A stretch of 64,000 nucleotides of DNA from Thermoanaerobaculia bacterium (lineage in GTDB: Bacteria; Acidobacteriota; Thermoanaerobaculia; Multivoradales; UBA5704): the NCBI GenBank assembly GCA_044226625.1, contig JBGAGQ010000001.1, positions 96,001-160,000 of the forward strand. The letters are read 5' to 3'. A program made the position numbers and the translations under genes. Under the pieces are notes generated by a model. It saw only the letters and a program-made list of their open reading frames with translations. It searched no databases and was not told the origin of the DNA. Below are positions 9,807 to 19,079 of the stretch, one piece after another (position 1 is the stretch's first letter; each line of letters begins with the position of its first letter).

Positions 9807-10415
9807 CTACTTGCGCGCGAACTTCTCGCGCGCACGGGCGATGTCGGCGTCGATCGCTTTCGCCTGCTCGAGGATCTGGTCGGCCTTCTGCTTCGCCGCC
9901 GCATAGTCGCCGCCAGCAAAGGCGCTCGTGGCGTCGGAGAGGGCGGTGTCCAGCCCGTCGAGATCGCCTTTCATCGCCTCGAGATCGGCCCGGCTGTCCT
10001 TGCCCACCGGCGCGGTCGAGAGGGAGGTGCGGGCGGATTCGATCGCGAGGCGCGCCTGGTCGAGAGCGGTCTGCGCCTGCCCCTTGTACTGCTCCTTGCC
10101 CGAGACGGCCTGCATCTTCGCGTTGTTGGCGTCCGTGCGCGCCTGGGAGATGAGGGCGCGGGCCTTGCCGTAGCTGCGCAGCAGGGCGAACCGGCCGTCC
10201 TGCGCCGCCACCTCGGCTTTTGCCTGATCGAACGTCTGCTGGGCCTTCGTGTACTCCTCGGCCGCATAGGAGTCGGCGCCCGCGCTCTTCGCCTCGCCGA
10301 GGCTGTTCTGGGCCATCTGGAGGTCGGCCGTCGGCGGCTTCGCGCAGCCCGCGGCCAGGAGGAGCGGAAAGGCGACGAGGTACGAGAGACGGAACGCGGA
10401 ACGGAAACGGTTCAT
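9807..10415 (-). CDS. Alpha-helical lipoprotein (DUF4398-like) ending in Lys
   Basis: Starts MNRFRS; lipobox LAAGC; Ala/Gln/Lys-rich helices; C-terminus REKFARK. Confidence 0.8.
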   Translation of the reverse strand: MNRFRSAFRLSYLVAFPLLLAAGCAKPPTADLQMAQNSLGEAKSAGADSYAAEEYTKAQQTFDQAKAEVAAQDGRFALLRSYGKARALISQARTDANNAKMQAVSGKEQYKGQAQTALDQARLAIESARTSLSTAPVGKDSRADLEAMKGDLDGLDTALSDATSAFAGGDYAAAKQKADQILEQAKAIDADIARAREKFARK

Positions 10416-10573
10416 CGGCAGGGCCTCCGGAACGGAACGCAGGGTTGAACTTGGGCGAGAGCTTATCAGGAAGGATCTATACGATGAGGCGGGCCGACGG
10501 AACGGGCTTCGCTTCGCCCGCGGAGCGACGGGGAGCGCTGCAGGCGCGCACACGAAGGAGCCGACGTTCCCGG

Positions 10574-10606
10574 AAAAGCGAACGGCCCGGCGGGGTGGCC
10601 GGGCCG
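10574..10606 (-). terminator. Intrinsic terminator downstream of exbD
   Basis: CGGCCCGGC/GCCGGGCCG 9-bp stem followed by TTCGCTTTT. Confidence 0.6.
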
Positions 10607-10717
10607 AACGTTGGACTGCTTTAACTTCCGCCTGCTGGTGATTCCGCCGGACGACCCTCCAGGTCCAGGAGGCCGTCCGGAGTCGAAACCCAAGAAAAGT
10701 AGCGGTGGACGCTTTCT

Positions 10718-11164
10718 CTAGGTCGCGCCGACCGCGGTCGCCGCGGCGCTCGGACCGTCGAGGTCGTCGAAGACGATCCCGAGGTTCTCCGCGCCGCTGT
10801 CCCGGCACATGTCCATGAAGTCCGCGACCCGGCCGTACTCGAGATCGCCGTCGGCCGCGAAGAAGATCACCTTCGACGATCGGCCGGTAAGCGCTTCCTT
10901 GAGCTTGCCCGGGAACTCGGGGAGCGACACCGCCACCTTGTTGATGTAGGTGACGCCCTTATCGTCCATGCGGACGATCAGCTGGTCGCTCGACGGCGGC
11001 GGCTGCGCCGACTCGACCTTCGGCGGCACCTGCACCGGATAGCCCATCTGGATCAACGGCGTGATCACCATGAAGATGATCAGCAGCACCAAGACCACGT
11101 CGACGAGCGGCGTGATGTTGATGTCGCTTCGAGGCCCCCCGGAGGGGCCGACGCTCATAGCCAT
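10718..11164 (-). CDS. exbD: ExbD/TolR biopolymer transporter
   Basis: INITPLVDVVLVLLIIFMV signature. Confidence 0.93.
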   Translation of the reverse strand: MAMSVGPSGGPRSDINITPLVDVVLVLLIIFMVITPLIQMGYPVQVPPKVESAQPPPSSDQLIVRMDDKGVTYINKVAVSLPEFPGKLKEALTGRSSKVIFFAADGDLEYGRVADFMDMCRDSGAENLGIVFDDLDGPSAAATAVGAT

Positions 11165-11215
11165 CGCAAGTACCTCGTCTCTTCGGCCCCCAGTCGGGAA
11201 CCGGTCAAACCCGCC

Positions 11216-11653
11216 TTAGGCCCCGGCCGCCTGCTTGCGCTCGGTGATCAAGCCCACGCGCGTGAACCCGGCCTCGTTGATCGTCTGCATCAGCTTGCGC
11301 ACGTCCTTGTACTTCAAACGCCGGTCCGCCTTGACCACGACCTCGCGGTCGTTGTTGCGGCTGTAGATGTCCGCCAGCATGTTCGGCAGCTGGTTGTCCG
11401 GAATCCACTTCTCCTGGACGAAGACCGTACCGTCGAGCTTCAAAGCGACGTTCAGCTGCTTCTCGTTCTCCGGCATCTTGGTCGGCGAAGCGGTCTCCGG
11501 CAACTGAACGTCGACACCTTTCTGGAGCAGCGGGGTGACCACCATGAAGATGATCAGCAGCACCAGGCAGACGTCTACCAACGGGGTGACGTTGATGTCA
11601 CCCCGGACGTTCGAGTCGTTGATCGGATGCCACTTAGCGCGTTTGTGCAGCAT
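11216..11653 (-). CDS. exbD: ExbD/TolR biopolymer transporter
   Basis: INVTPLVDVCLVLLIIFMV; VKAD motif. Confidence 0.93.
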   Translation of the reverse strand: MLHKRAKWHPINDSNVRGDINVTPLVDVCLVLLIIFMVVTPLLQKGVDVQLPETASPTKMPENEKQLNVALKLDGTVFVQEKWIPDNQLPNMLADIYSRNNDREVVVKADRRLKYKDVRKLMQTINEAGFTRVGLITERKQAAGA

Positions 11654-12326
11654 GCCGAGACCTCTGCCGCTTCATGAAGAAGTCGACCAGCTCCGACGAG
11701 GAGTTCGACATCTCCACCTGCAGGCGCTCGATGCGACCGGTGAAGTAGTTGAACATCCAGGCGGCGGGAATGGCCACGAACAGGCCGAACGCCGTGGTGA
11801 CGAGCGCCTCGGCGATACCGGCCGAGACCGCGCCGATGCCGCCCGAGCCGGTGGCCGCCATGCCCTGGAACGCGTTGATGATGCCGATGACGGTGCCGAA
11901 CAGGCCGATGAACGGAGCCGTCGTGGCGATCGTCGCGAGGCTGCCGATGCCGCGCTTGAAATCCGCGGTGGTAAGCAGCGCCGAGCGGTCGACGGCGCGG
12001 GTGGCGGCTTCGACGACCTCCGGATCGGAGAGCGGGCTCGTTTCGCTTTCGAATTGATAGGACTGTAGACCGGCTGAGACGACGCGGGCGAGGTGGCTCT
12101 GCGGGAACTTCGCCGCCGCGTCGATCGCGGCCTGCGCGCGATCATGCTTCATGTGATCGGTCGCGAGCCGGGCGAACGCAAGCGACTGCTTGCGCGCCTT
12201 GTTGAACAGCAGCAGGCGGTCGAACGCGATGTACAGCGACCAGATCGACATGATCAGCAGGATGATCGCGACGCCCTTCGCGATGACGCCCATCGATTCC
12301 CAAAGTGCACCGGGGGAGAGATCCAT
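11634..12326 (-). CDS. exbB: ExbB/TolQ/MotA proton channel
   Basis: APFIGLFGTVIGI and GIAEALVTTAFGLFVAIPA motifs. Confidence 0.95.
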   Translation of the reverse strand: MDLSPGALWESMGVIAKGVAIILLIMSIWSLYIAFDRLLLFNKARKQSLAFARLATDHMKHDRAQAAIDAAAKFPQSHLARVVSAGLQSYQFESETSPLSDPEVVEAATRAVDRSALLTTADFKRGIGSLATIATTAPFIGLFGTVIGIINAFQGMAATGSGGIGAVSAGIAEALVTTAFGLFVAIPAAWMFNYFTGRIERLQVEMSNSSSELVDFFMKRQRSRHAAQTR

Positions 12327-12382
12327 TCTTTGTTCTCCTTTTCTCTTCTCGGATTCGACTTAAGCCTTGGCGAAAGCCTCGA

Positions 12383-13135
12383 TTACTGGACCTGGAAGTT
12401 GACCGTTAGAACGTAGTAGACCTTGACCGGCCGCCCCTGGAACATGGCCGGCTTGAATTTCCACTTCTGGACCGCGTCGACGGCCGCCTTGTCGAGCCCC
12501 ATCGGCAGCCCCTTGAGCACGCGCACGTTGGTGACGTTGCCGCGCTCGTCGATGATCGCTTCGACGATGACGGTGCCCTGGAGCCGAGCGCGACGCGCGA
12601 TCTCGGTGTAGACCGGGTTCACGCGGGTGATGAACTCGGGGCGGGAGACGCCACCGCCGACCCGCAGCGGTGCGTCGTCGACCACCGGAGCGACCCCCGT
12701 GCTGCCGAGCACGCCTCCGGGGACTCCCCCTTCGACGCCGCCCGCCACGCCACCCGGGATGCCGCCTTCAACGCCCCCTTCGACGCCGACCGAGGCCGAG
12801 GGCTCTTCGGTCGGTTTCGGGATCTCTTCCGGAACCTCGACCGGCTGGACCGGCTCCGTCGGCGTGACCACGGGGGCCGTCTTCTGGACCACCGGCTTGG
12901 GAGCGGCCGGAGGTGGCGGAGGCGGCGGAGGCGGCGGAGGCGGCGGAGGGGCCGCGGCCGACATGAACACGACGTTGATCGGCGGTTCGGGAACCGGCTC
13001 GATCTGCCAGTAGTGCATCACCAGATAGACGGCCCCCAGGACGAGATGGAGACCGACCGCTATCGGCACGAACAGATAGCGGTACTTACTGAAGATTCGC
13101 GTCTTGTCCAGGTCGATCAGCGAGTTCTCAAACAT
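12383..13135 (-). CDS. tonB: Energy transducer TonB
   Basis: MFENSLID; TM helix with His; poly-Pro; GVEGG repeats; TonB_C domain. Confidence 0.92.
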   Translation of the reverse strand: MFENSLIDLDKTRIFSKYRYLFVPIAVGLHLVLGAVYLVMHYWQIEPVPEPPINVVFMSAAAPPPPPPPPPPPPPPAAPKPVVQKTAPVVTPTEPVQPVEVPEEIPKPTEEPSASVGVEGGVEGGIPGGVAGGVEGGVPGGVLGSTGVAPVVDDAPLRVGGGVSRPEFITRVNPVYTEIARRARLQGTVIVEAIIDERGNVTNVRVLKGLPMGLDKAAVDAVQKWKFKPAMFQGRPVKVYYVLTVNFQVQ

Positions 13136-13138
13136 CGC

Positions 13139-13972
13139 TTACCCTTCTGCCGGAGGCTTCGGCTTCTGCTCGTTGGCCGCTGCTTTCTTACGCAGCTCGA
13201 TCGCTTTCTGCATCCACTCGGTCGCCTTGTCGAGGAATTCCTGACGCTTGGCGGGGTCGGTGGTCATCTTCGCCTTCTCGCGGTAGAGAAGGTTGTAGTA
13301 CGCCATGGCTTCAAAATAATCGGGCTTGATCTGGAGCGCCTTGTCGGTCGCGGCGAGACCGAGGTCGACGATGTGCTCGCGATCCGCCAGGCTGTATTTC
13401 GGATCGTTGTACGACTTGTCCCAAGCGGAGACGCCCAACGTATAGAGGATCTCCGGCGCCTCGGGCCCTTCGAACTTCATCCCCAGCTGGGTCGCCTCTT
13501 CGAAGCGATCGGCCTGGTTCAGGATGTTGATGCGGGTGCGCATGAAGTCGCCGGCCTTCGTCGGATCCTTCTGCGCCTCCTGGTCGATGAAGGCGAGCGC
13601 CTTGTCGTAGGACTTCGAGTTCAGGTACATCGACAGCAGGTAGTCCTTGACCTTCTGATCGTCGGCGTACTCCGGATCGGCCAAGTACTTTTCGAACGCG
13701 TCGGTCGCGATCTTGCCGAGCTCGACGTTGCCCGGGCTCTCATCCCCTGGCTTGAACAGCGCCAGCGCGGAGAGACCGACCGAGCGCCACGCGAACGTCG
13801 CCTCCGGATCGTTGTTCAGTCCGTCCTGGAAGGAGCTCAGAGCCTCGCGATACTCCTCGTTCGCGTAATACTCATTGGCCTTCTTCATTTCCATCCGGGC
13901 CTTGACCTTGTGGCAGCCGGCCGCCGGAAGCATCAAGAGGGTTGCTGCGATGGCGATCGAACACTTGTGCAT
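13139..13972 (-). CDS. TPR lipoprotein
   Basis: Lipobox-like AAGC; TPR helices; first gene of the tonB-exbB-exbD-exbD operon. Confidence 0.8.
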   Translation of the reverse strand: MHKCSIAIAATLLMLPAAGCHKVKARMEMKKANEYYANEEYREALSSFQDGLNNDPEATFAWRSVGLSALALFKPGDESPGNVELGKIATDAFEKYLADPEYADDQKVKDYLLSMYLNSKSYDKALAFIDQEAQKDPTKAGDFMRTRINILNQADRFEEATQLGMKFEGPEAPEILYTLGVSAWDKSYNDPKYSLADREHIVDLGLAATDKALQIKPDYFEAMAYYNLLYREKAKMTTDPAKRQEFLDKATEWMQKAIELRKKAAANEQKPKPPAEG

Positions 13973-14134
13973 GAGAGCCGCTTCCCCGACGTGTTAGAAG
14001 GGTGAGACTGCCGTTTGGTTCCCGGGTTTGAGGACAGGAGGGAAATACAAACATTCCGGCGAACGCTCCATGAGCCTGCCTTTCGATCGTCGCGCGGCCT
14101 GCGAGCGCATTTTCCCCCCGAGCTCAGGGCGGGA

Positions 14135-14162
14135 AGTCTACTCGGCCCCCCGCTCCTGTCAA
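14135..14162 (-). promoter_or_regulatory. Sigma70-type promoter (TTGACA-N16-TAGACT) for the TPR-tonB-exbBDD operon
   Basis: Perfect -35 and near-consensus -10 on the minus strand, about 160 bp upstream of 13972. Confidence 0.65.
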
Positions 14163-14627
14163 GCCCGAAAGGGCTCGCCGAAAGCCGGCCTATGAGCCAT
14201 AGATTCCAATGCTTTATCCGCGCGTGAACGGTCTCGTGGGACGGCCTTCCGAGGCCCGGGACGAACGGTCCATGCGCCGGGTTGGGGATCTGAAATCGCG
14301 AGGGGCCGCCCGTGCGAGGCGCCCAGCAACGACCGCTGCTGCGAGTTTCGAGATCGTTTCGCTTCAAGTTGGCTCCGAGTCCGCGGATGGTATGCGAAAG
14401 CCGCCGACGAGGCCAAGCGAGAGGTCAACCCGATGCTGGGTCATCTCGGTTCGGCCCGCCTCCTTCCAGGGCGCCCCTGGGCGCCGCCCCTCGCCTCCAC
14501 GGTTCGCACCGAGCCGGTTGCAAACCGGAAGCCAGCCTGGGCGCGCCGGCGGGCGAACGGGTCCCTTGCGATTGTCTCGGCCTCCGGACGCGCGCGCCGG
14601 ACGGCGCGCGCGCAAAATCTGCCGGAT

Positions 14628-16352
14628 TCAGCGGACGGCGAACACGTCGTCCGGGATCTCGCGGCGAATCGAGGTGTCGCGCCGGATCACGTCGGCGAGC
14701 CGCGTGTGCGAGATCTGGTTCGCCCAAGCGGGCGGAAAGTAGTTGAGGTAGAAGAAGCGGTCGCCGTCCCGCAGGCGCGTGAACTGGTCGGTCAACACGC
14801 GGCGCAGCAGCTCCCCCACGAGCCCGGGGGCGACCGGCCGCTCGGCGAGCCCACCCACCCACGGATCGATTCGGTCGACCGAGCCGTACGCCTCGGCGAG
14901 GCGGGCGGTGATCGTCGGATTCCCCGGGTTGACCGAGGCGATGTCGGGCTTCGGCGCGAGGCCGAACGCCTGGCGCACCTCGTTGTAGCTCGGCAGGCCG
15001 TGGTCGCGCCCGCGCTGGATGTTGAGCGAGGCGAGGTCGAACCCGCCTTGGCCCGGCTGGCCGAACAGGAAGTTGCGGACGTCGTCGACGATGAACGGAT
15101 CGACGTCGTTGGCGCGCTGCCGCGCGGCACCGCGCAGGAACGGCTCGATGCCGCCGCCGGCCACGAGCTCGGCCGGGTTGAAGAAGGCGTCCCGCAACGG
15201 CACGCCGCCGCCCGCGAGCGGACGGAGGTGGGCATCGAGCCGCGACAGCTCCGACGTGAGCATGCTGTGGCCGAAGCGATAGGCCGCGGTCGAGAAGGTG
15301 GCCGAGATCGTCGGATCGAGGTTCGGGTGGTAGCCGGTATAGCGGCGGAGCGCGTGCTTGCCCAGCAGGGCGGGAAGGAACTCGTTGAACGTGATCGCCT
15401 GGATCTCGCCGGTCACGAGCGCTCGGGCTCGGAGGTAGATCTCGTCGCCGGACAGCGCGGCACCCGCGCGGGTGTGGCGGATCTGGTTCGCCCAGTAGTT
15501 GTGCTCGCGCACCCAGAGCGTGTGCAGCGAGGTGAGGGCCAGGTTCTCGTTCGCGCGCACGTCGCCCGCGAGGTACATCGAGGTCGGATCTTGGCCGGGG
15601 TTGCTCGCGTTCGGCATGCCGAACGTGTTGTACGGCATCATGACGCGGCCGCCCGGACCGGCCTGCATTTTGAGCCGGCCGCTGCCGTCCGTCATGCGCA
15701 GTGCCGCGGAGCGCGCCGAGTCGGAGCCGTAGACGTTCGAGGCGTCGATCCACGCGGTGATCACGTTGTCCTGCCCGCGCGGATTGCCGGCGGCGGTGCC
15801 GGTGCCGGCGGTCGCGAGCGAGCGGCAGAGCGCGATGGTCTGGGTGCCGGTCGAGTCGGGATCGAAATACGGATCGCCCGCGGGCACTTCGACGTCGAAC
15901 GGCTGGTCGCAGCCGGTGTTCGTGAGATCGAGGTCGTGGTCGACGAATTGGCCCCAGAGCCAGACGAAGTTCGACGGACCCGTAGGCGAAAGCGTCGTCG
16001 CGGGCTGGGCGACGACCAGATTGCTGATCCGGCGCGCGCTCGGCCGGTCGGCTCCCGAGGGGGCGTCGAAGCCGTCGTCGTAAGCCGGCTCCGCCACCCG
16101 GCGCAGCTCGGCGCCCGCCGCGCCCCAGCTCGGATGCGCGAGGTTGTGACCCGTGCCGTCGATCGACGAAAACTCGTGCAGAACCAGGGTGTCGAGCGGC
16201 GGGCGGGCGAGCGCCGGGGCCGCGAACGTACCGAGCAAGACGACCCAGCCGAGCAGGACCGAGCCGAGCGGCGAGAGGCTCGACCCTGCGAAGGTGGGAG
16301 TACGGAGCCGAATCCGGAGGGCGAGACCGGGAAGGTTCCGGGTCGTGGGCAT
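14628..16352 (-). CDS. Secreted animal-type heme peroxidase (peroxidase-cyclooxygenase superfamily)
   Basis: Signal peptide (..AAPALA); WGQFVDHD distal His; GDVRANEN; REHN; AYRFGHS proximal His; NIQRGRDHG. Confidence 0.92.
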   Translation of the reverse strand: MPTTRNLPGLALRIRLRTPTFAGSSLSPLGSVLLGWVVLLGTFAAPALARPPLDTLVLHEFSSIDGTGHNLAHPSWGAAGAELRRVAEPAYDDGFDAPSGADRPSARRISNLVVAQPATTLSPTGPSNFVWLWGQFVDHDLDLTNTGCDQPFDVEVPAGDPYFDPDSTGTQTIALCRSLATAGTGTAAGNPRGQDNVITAWIDASNVYGSDSARSAALRMTDGSGRLKMQAGPGGRVMMPYNTFGMPNASNPGQDPTSMYLAGDVRANENLALTSLHTLWVREHNYWANQIRHTRAGAALSGDEIYLRARALVTGEIQAITFNEFLPALLGKHALRRYTGYHPNLDPTISATFSTAAYRFGHSMLTSELSRLDAHLRPLAGGGVPLRDAFFNPAELVAGGGIEPFLRGAARQRANDVDPFIVDDVRNFLFGQPGQGGFDLASLNIQRGRDHGLPSYNEVRQAFGLAPKPDIASVNPGNPTITARLAEAYGSVDRIDPWVGGLAERPVAPGLVGELLRRVLTDQFTRLRDGDRFFYLNYFPPAWANQISHTRLADVIRRDTSIRREIPDDVFAVR

Positions 16353-16639
16353 GGGTGTTCCTCCATGAATCCTTCGTTCGCCGGGTGCCGTACCGTAAGA
16401 GGACAGGTGAACCCGGGTGGTTCAGTGCAAAGGCGGTCGGATGCGGGAAGGGGCGGGAGAGTGAGTCCTCCAAAGTCTAAAGATGCGGCCGAACGCAAGC
16501 CATCGGCGCACTGATCGATTTCTCCTACATCGAGGGATCTAGTGCCTCGAGGCGCGCGGAGACGTATCATCGATCGCGCCGAGGCCCTCTCGATTCATCG
16601 ATCCTCCGATCCGGACGACGGCGCTCTCGGCGGGCCGCC

Positions 16640-18391
16640 ATGGAACGCCTCGACTTTCCGCATCAACGCGCCGAACGGCTGATCGCGGCCGGTCGCGTGG
16701 CCCTCTCGCTCGCGTCGCTGTTCGCGATCTGGTTCGATCCCACCGAGCCGGTCGAGCGCGCGCGGATCGCCTACGCGCTGCTCTTCCTCTACGTCGCCTA
16801 TTCCACCGCGATCGCGACGATCGTCTTTCGCGCCGACTCGACCTCGCCACTCCAGCGCGCCGTCACCCACGTCTTCGATTTCATCTATTTCTCGGTCTTT
16901 ATCTACTTCACCACCGGGCCCGCGAGCCCGTTCACCGCCTACTTCATCTTCTCGATGGTCTGCGCGACGTTGCGCTGGCGCTGGCGCGTGGCGCTCTGGA
17001 CCGCGGTGGCCGTCCTGTCGACCTACGCGGTGCTCGGCGTCGTTTTTTCCGAGGTGCTTCACGACCCGACGTTCCATGCCACGCGGTTCATCCTGCGCGG
17101 TACCTACCTCACCGCCATCGGCGCCCTGCTCGCCTATCTCGGCGCGCACGAGCAGCGCACGCGGCGCGAGATGGCCGCGCTCGCCGCCTGGCCGCACGCC
17201 GTGCCCAGCACGCTGTCCGAAACGTTGGTCGACCTGTTGACCCAGACGGCACGGACGTTCGAGGCGCCGCGGGCGGCGCTCGCCTGGTGCGAGCCGGAGG
17301 AGCCCTGGCTCTATCTCGCCCACTGGTCGGAGCGCGGGTTTTCGCTCGAACGGGAGCCTCCCGACCGCTTCGAGCCGCTGGTCGACGGGGCGCTCGCCGA
17401 ACGGAGCTTTCTCTGCGCCGAGCTGCACGGCCGGGATTCGTCCGTGCTCGCACGAACCGATCAGGGCTTCGAGCGCTTGCGCGCGCTCCCCCTGCACCCC
17501 GATCTCGCCGAGCGGTTCGCCTCGCGCTCGATCTTGAGCCTGCTGCTGCGCGGCGAGTGGTTCGAGGGGCGGCTGTTCGTGCTCGATCCGCCCGATCCGA
17601 GCTCCGACGAGCTGTCGCTCGGGATCGTGGTCGCCGAACGGGTGGGGGCGCGGCTCGATCACTTCTACCTCGCCGAGCGCCTGCGCCAGAGCGCCGCCAC
17701 CGAGGAGCGGATCCGTGTCGCCCGCGACCTGCACGACGGCGTGCTTCAGTCGTTCACCGGCATCGCGCTGCGGCTGGAGTCGATGCGGCGCCAGCTCGCC
17801 TCCGGCGCGCCCGGCGCCGAGGTGGCCGAAGGCGCGCTCTCGGCGTTGATGCGCCAGGTGGCGACCGACCAGCGCGACCTGCGGCTGTTCATCCGCGAGC
17901 TGGGACCGGGCGCGATCGCGGAGCGGGCGCCCGCCTTCGACCTGTCGACCCGGCTCGCGGACCTGGCAGAGCGGCTGGCGCTCGAATGGGGCGTGGCGAT
18001 CGAGCTCGAAACGACCGCAGCGGTCGAGACCGTAGAGACCAACGCGGACCTCGAGCCCGCTTCCCCGCCGAGCCTGGCGCCGGAGATCGCGCGTGAGGTC
18101 TACCTGCTCGCGCGGGAGGCGCTGATCAACGCCCTGCGCCACGGCGAGGCCTCGGCGATACGGCTGCGGGTCGACGCGCGCGACCGCGGCTCGATCTCCG
18201 TGACCGTGGTCGACAACGGCCGCGGCTTCCCGTTCGAAGGGCGCTTCTCCGGACCGGAGCTCGCGGCACGCGACCTCGGGCCGCGCTCCTTGCGCGAACG
18301 GATCGCCGCCCTCGCCGGAACCTTGGAGCTCGAGTCGAGCCCGCGCGGTAGCGTGGTCGACATGCGGTTGCCGCGAAAGGACGCCGCCTAA
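16640..18391 (+). CDS. Membrane sensor histidine kinase (HisKA_3 type)
   Basis: Multi-TM N-terminus; EERIRVARDLHD; REALINALRH; DNGRGF. Confidence 0.93.
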   Translation: MERLDFPHQRAERLIAAGRVALSLASLFAIWFDPTEPVERARIAYALLFLYVAYSTAIATIVFRADSTSPLQRAVTHVFDFIYFSVFIYFTTGPASPFTAYFIFSMVCATLRWRWRVALWTAVAVLSTYAVLGVVFSEVLHDPTFHATRFILRGTYLTAIGALLAYLGAHEQRTRREMAALAAWPHAVPSTLSETLVDLLTQTARTFEAPRAALAWCEPEEPWLYLAHWSERGFSLEREPPDRFEPLVDGALAERSFLCAELHGRDSSVLARTDQGFERLRALPLHPDLAERFASRSILSLLLRGEWFEGRLFVLDPPDPSSDELSLGIVVAERVGARLDHFYLAERLRQSAATEERIRVARDLHDGVLQSFTGIALRLESMRRQLASGAPGAEVAEGALSALMRQVATDQRDLRLFIRELGPGAIAERAPAFDLSTRLADLAERLALEWGVAIELETTAAVETVETNADLEPASPPSLAPEIAREVYLLAREALINALRHGEASAIRLRVDARDRGSISVTVVDNGRGFPFEGRFSGPELAARDLGPRSLRERIAALAGTLELESSPRGSVVDMRLPRKDAA

Positions 18392-18394
18392 GCC

Positions 18395-19030
18395 ATGCCG
18401 ATCCGTATCGCGATCGTCGATGACCACCCGATCGTCCTCGATGGGCTCGCCCAGCTGTTCCAGCTGGAACCCGACCTCGAGATCGTCCACCGCTGCAGCG
18501 GCGGCGAACAGGTGCTCGATGCCCTGCGCGAGCAGGAGGTCGACGTGCTGCTCCTCGATCTCAAGCTCCCCGGCATGGACGGCCTCGCGGTGCTCGGTGC
18601 GGTCCGCGCCGCGGGTCTGACCGCCAAGGTCCTGCTGCTTACGGCGGCGATCGCCGACGACCAGCTCGCCCACGCCTTCCATCTCGGCGTCTCCGGCGTC
18701 GTGCTCAAGGAGGTGGCGCCGCGAGTGCTGATCCAGGCGGTGCGGACGGTCCAGGCGGGGGGCCTGTGGCTCGACGAGGGGTTCGGCGGGACGATCGACC
18801 AACTGCTCAAGAAGAGCTCCGCGGCGCGCGAAGCGAGCCAACTGCTCACCAAGCGCGAGCTCGAGATCGTCCGGATGGCCGCTAGCGGCCTGCGCAACCG
18901 CGCGATCGGCGAGCGGCTGTTCATCAGCGAGGCGACGGTGAAGATCCACCTCCACAACATCTACCAGAAGCTCAAGCTGAACGGCCGCCTCGACCTCGCC
19001 GCCTTCGCCCACCGGAGCGGCCTGGTCTGA
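18395..19030 (+). CDS. NarL/LuxR-family response regulator
   Basis: VDDHP..LLDLKLPGMDG receiver; LTKRELEI...TVKIHLHNIYQKL HTH. Confidence 0.95.
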   Translation: MPIRIAIVDDHPIVLDGLAQLFQLEPDLEIVHRCSGGEQVLDALREQEVDVLLLDLKLPGMDGLAVLGAVRAAGLTAKVLLLTAAIADDQLAHAFHLGVSGVVLKEVAPRVLIQAVRTVQAGGLWLDEGFGGTIDQLLKKSSAAREASQLLTKRELEIVRMAASGLRNRAIGERLFISEATVKIHLHNIYQKLKLNGRLDLAAFAHRSGLV

Positions 19031-19079
19031 GCGGAGCGCCCTGCGAGCGACGCCGGGCACGCTTCGATAAACTCATCGA

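Noticed and set aside
10678-10692. tRNA, from a GGTTTCGACTCC T-loop-like sequence on the minus strand
   Set aside because: No acceptor, D or anticodon arms can be built around it.
12905-12950. GGCGGA-type short tandem repeat
   Set aside because: It simply encodes the TonB poly-proline linker.
13973-14627. Hidden gene or riboswitch in the 650-bp intergenic region
   Set aside because: Only a sigma70 promoter and scattered hairpins are visible; there is no convincing ORF or recognisable aptamer.
14433-19060. Long antisense or alternate-frame ORFs (14433-16514, 16595-19060; likewise 41137-43659, 41991-44345, 49201-51801)
   Set aside because: These are shadow ORFs of high-GC coding sequence that overlap genes with clear motifs and have no recognisable domains.
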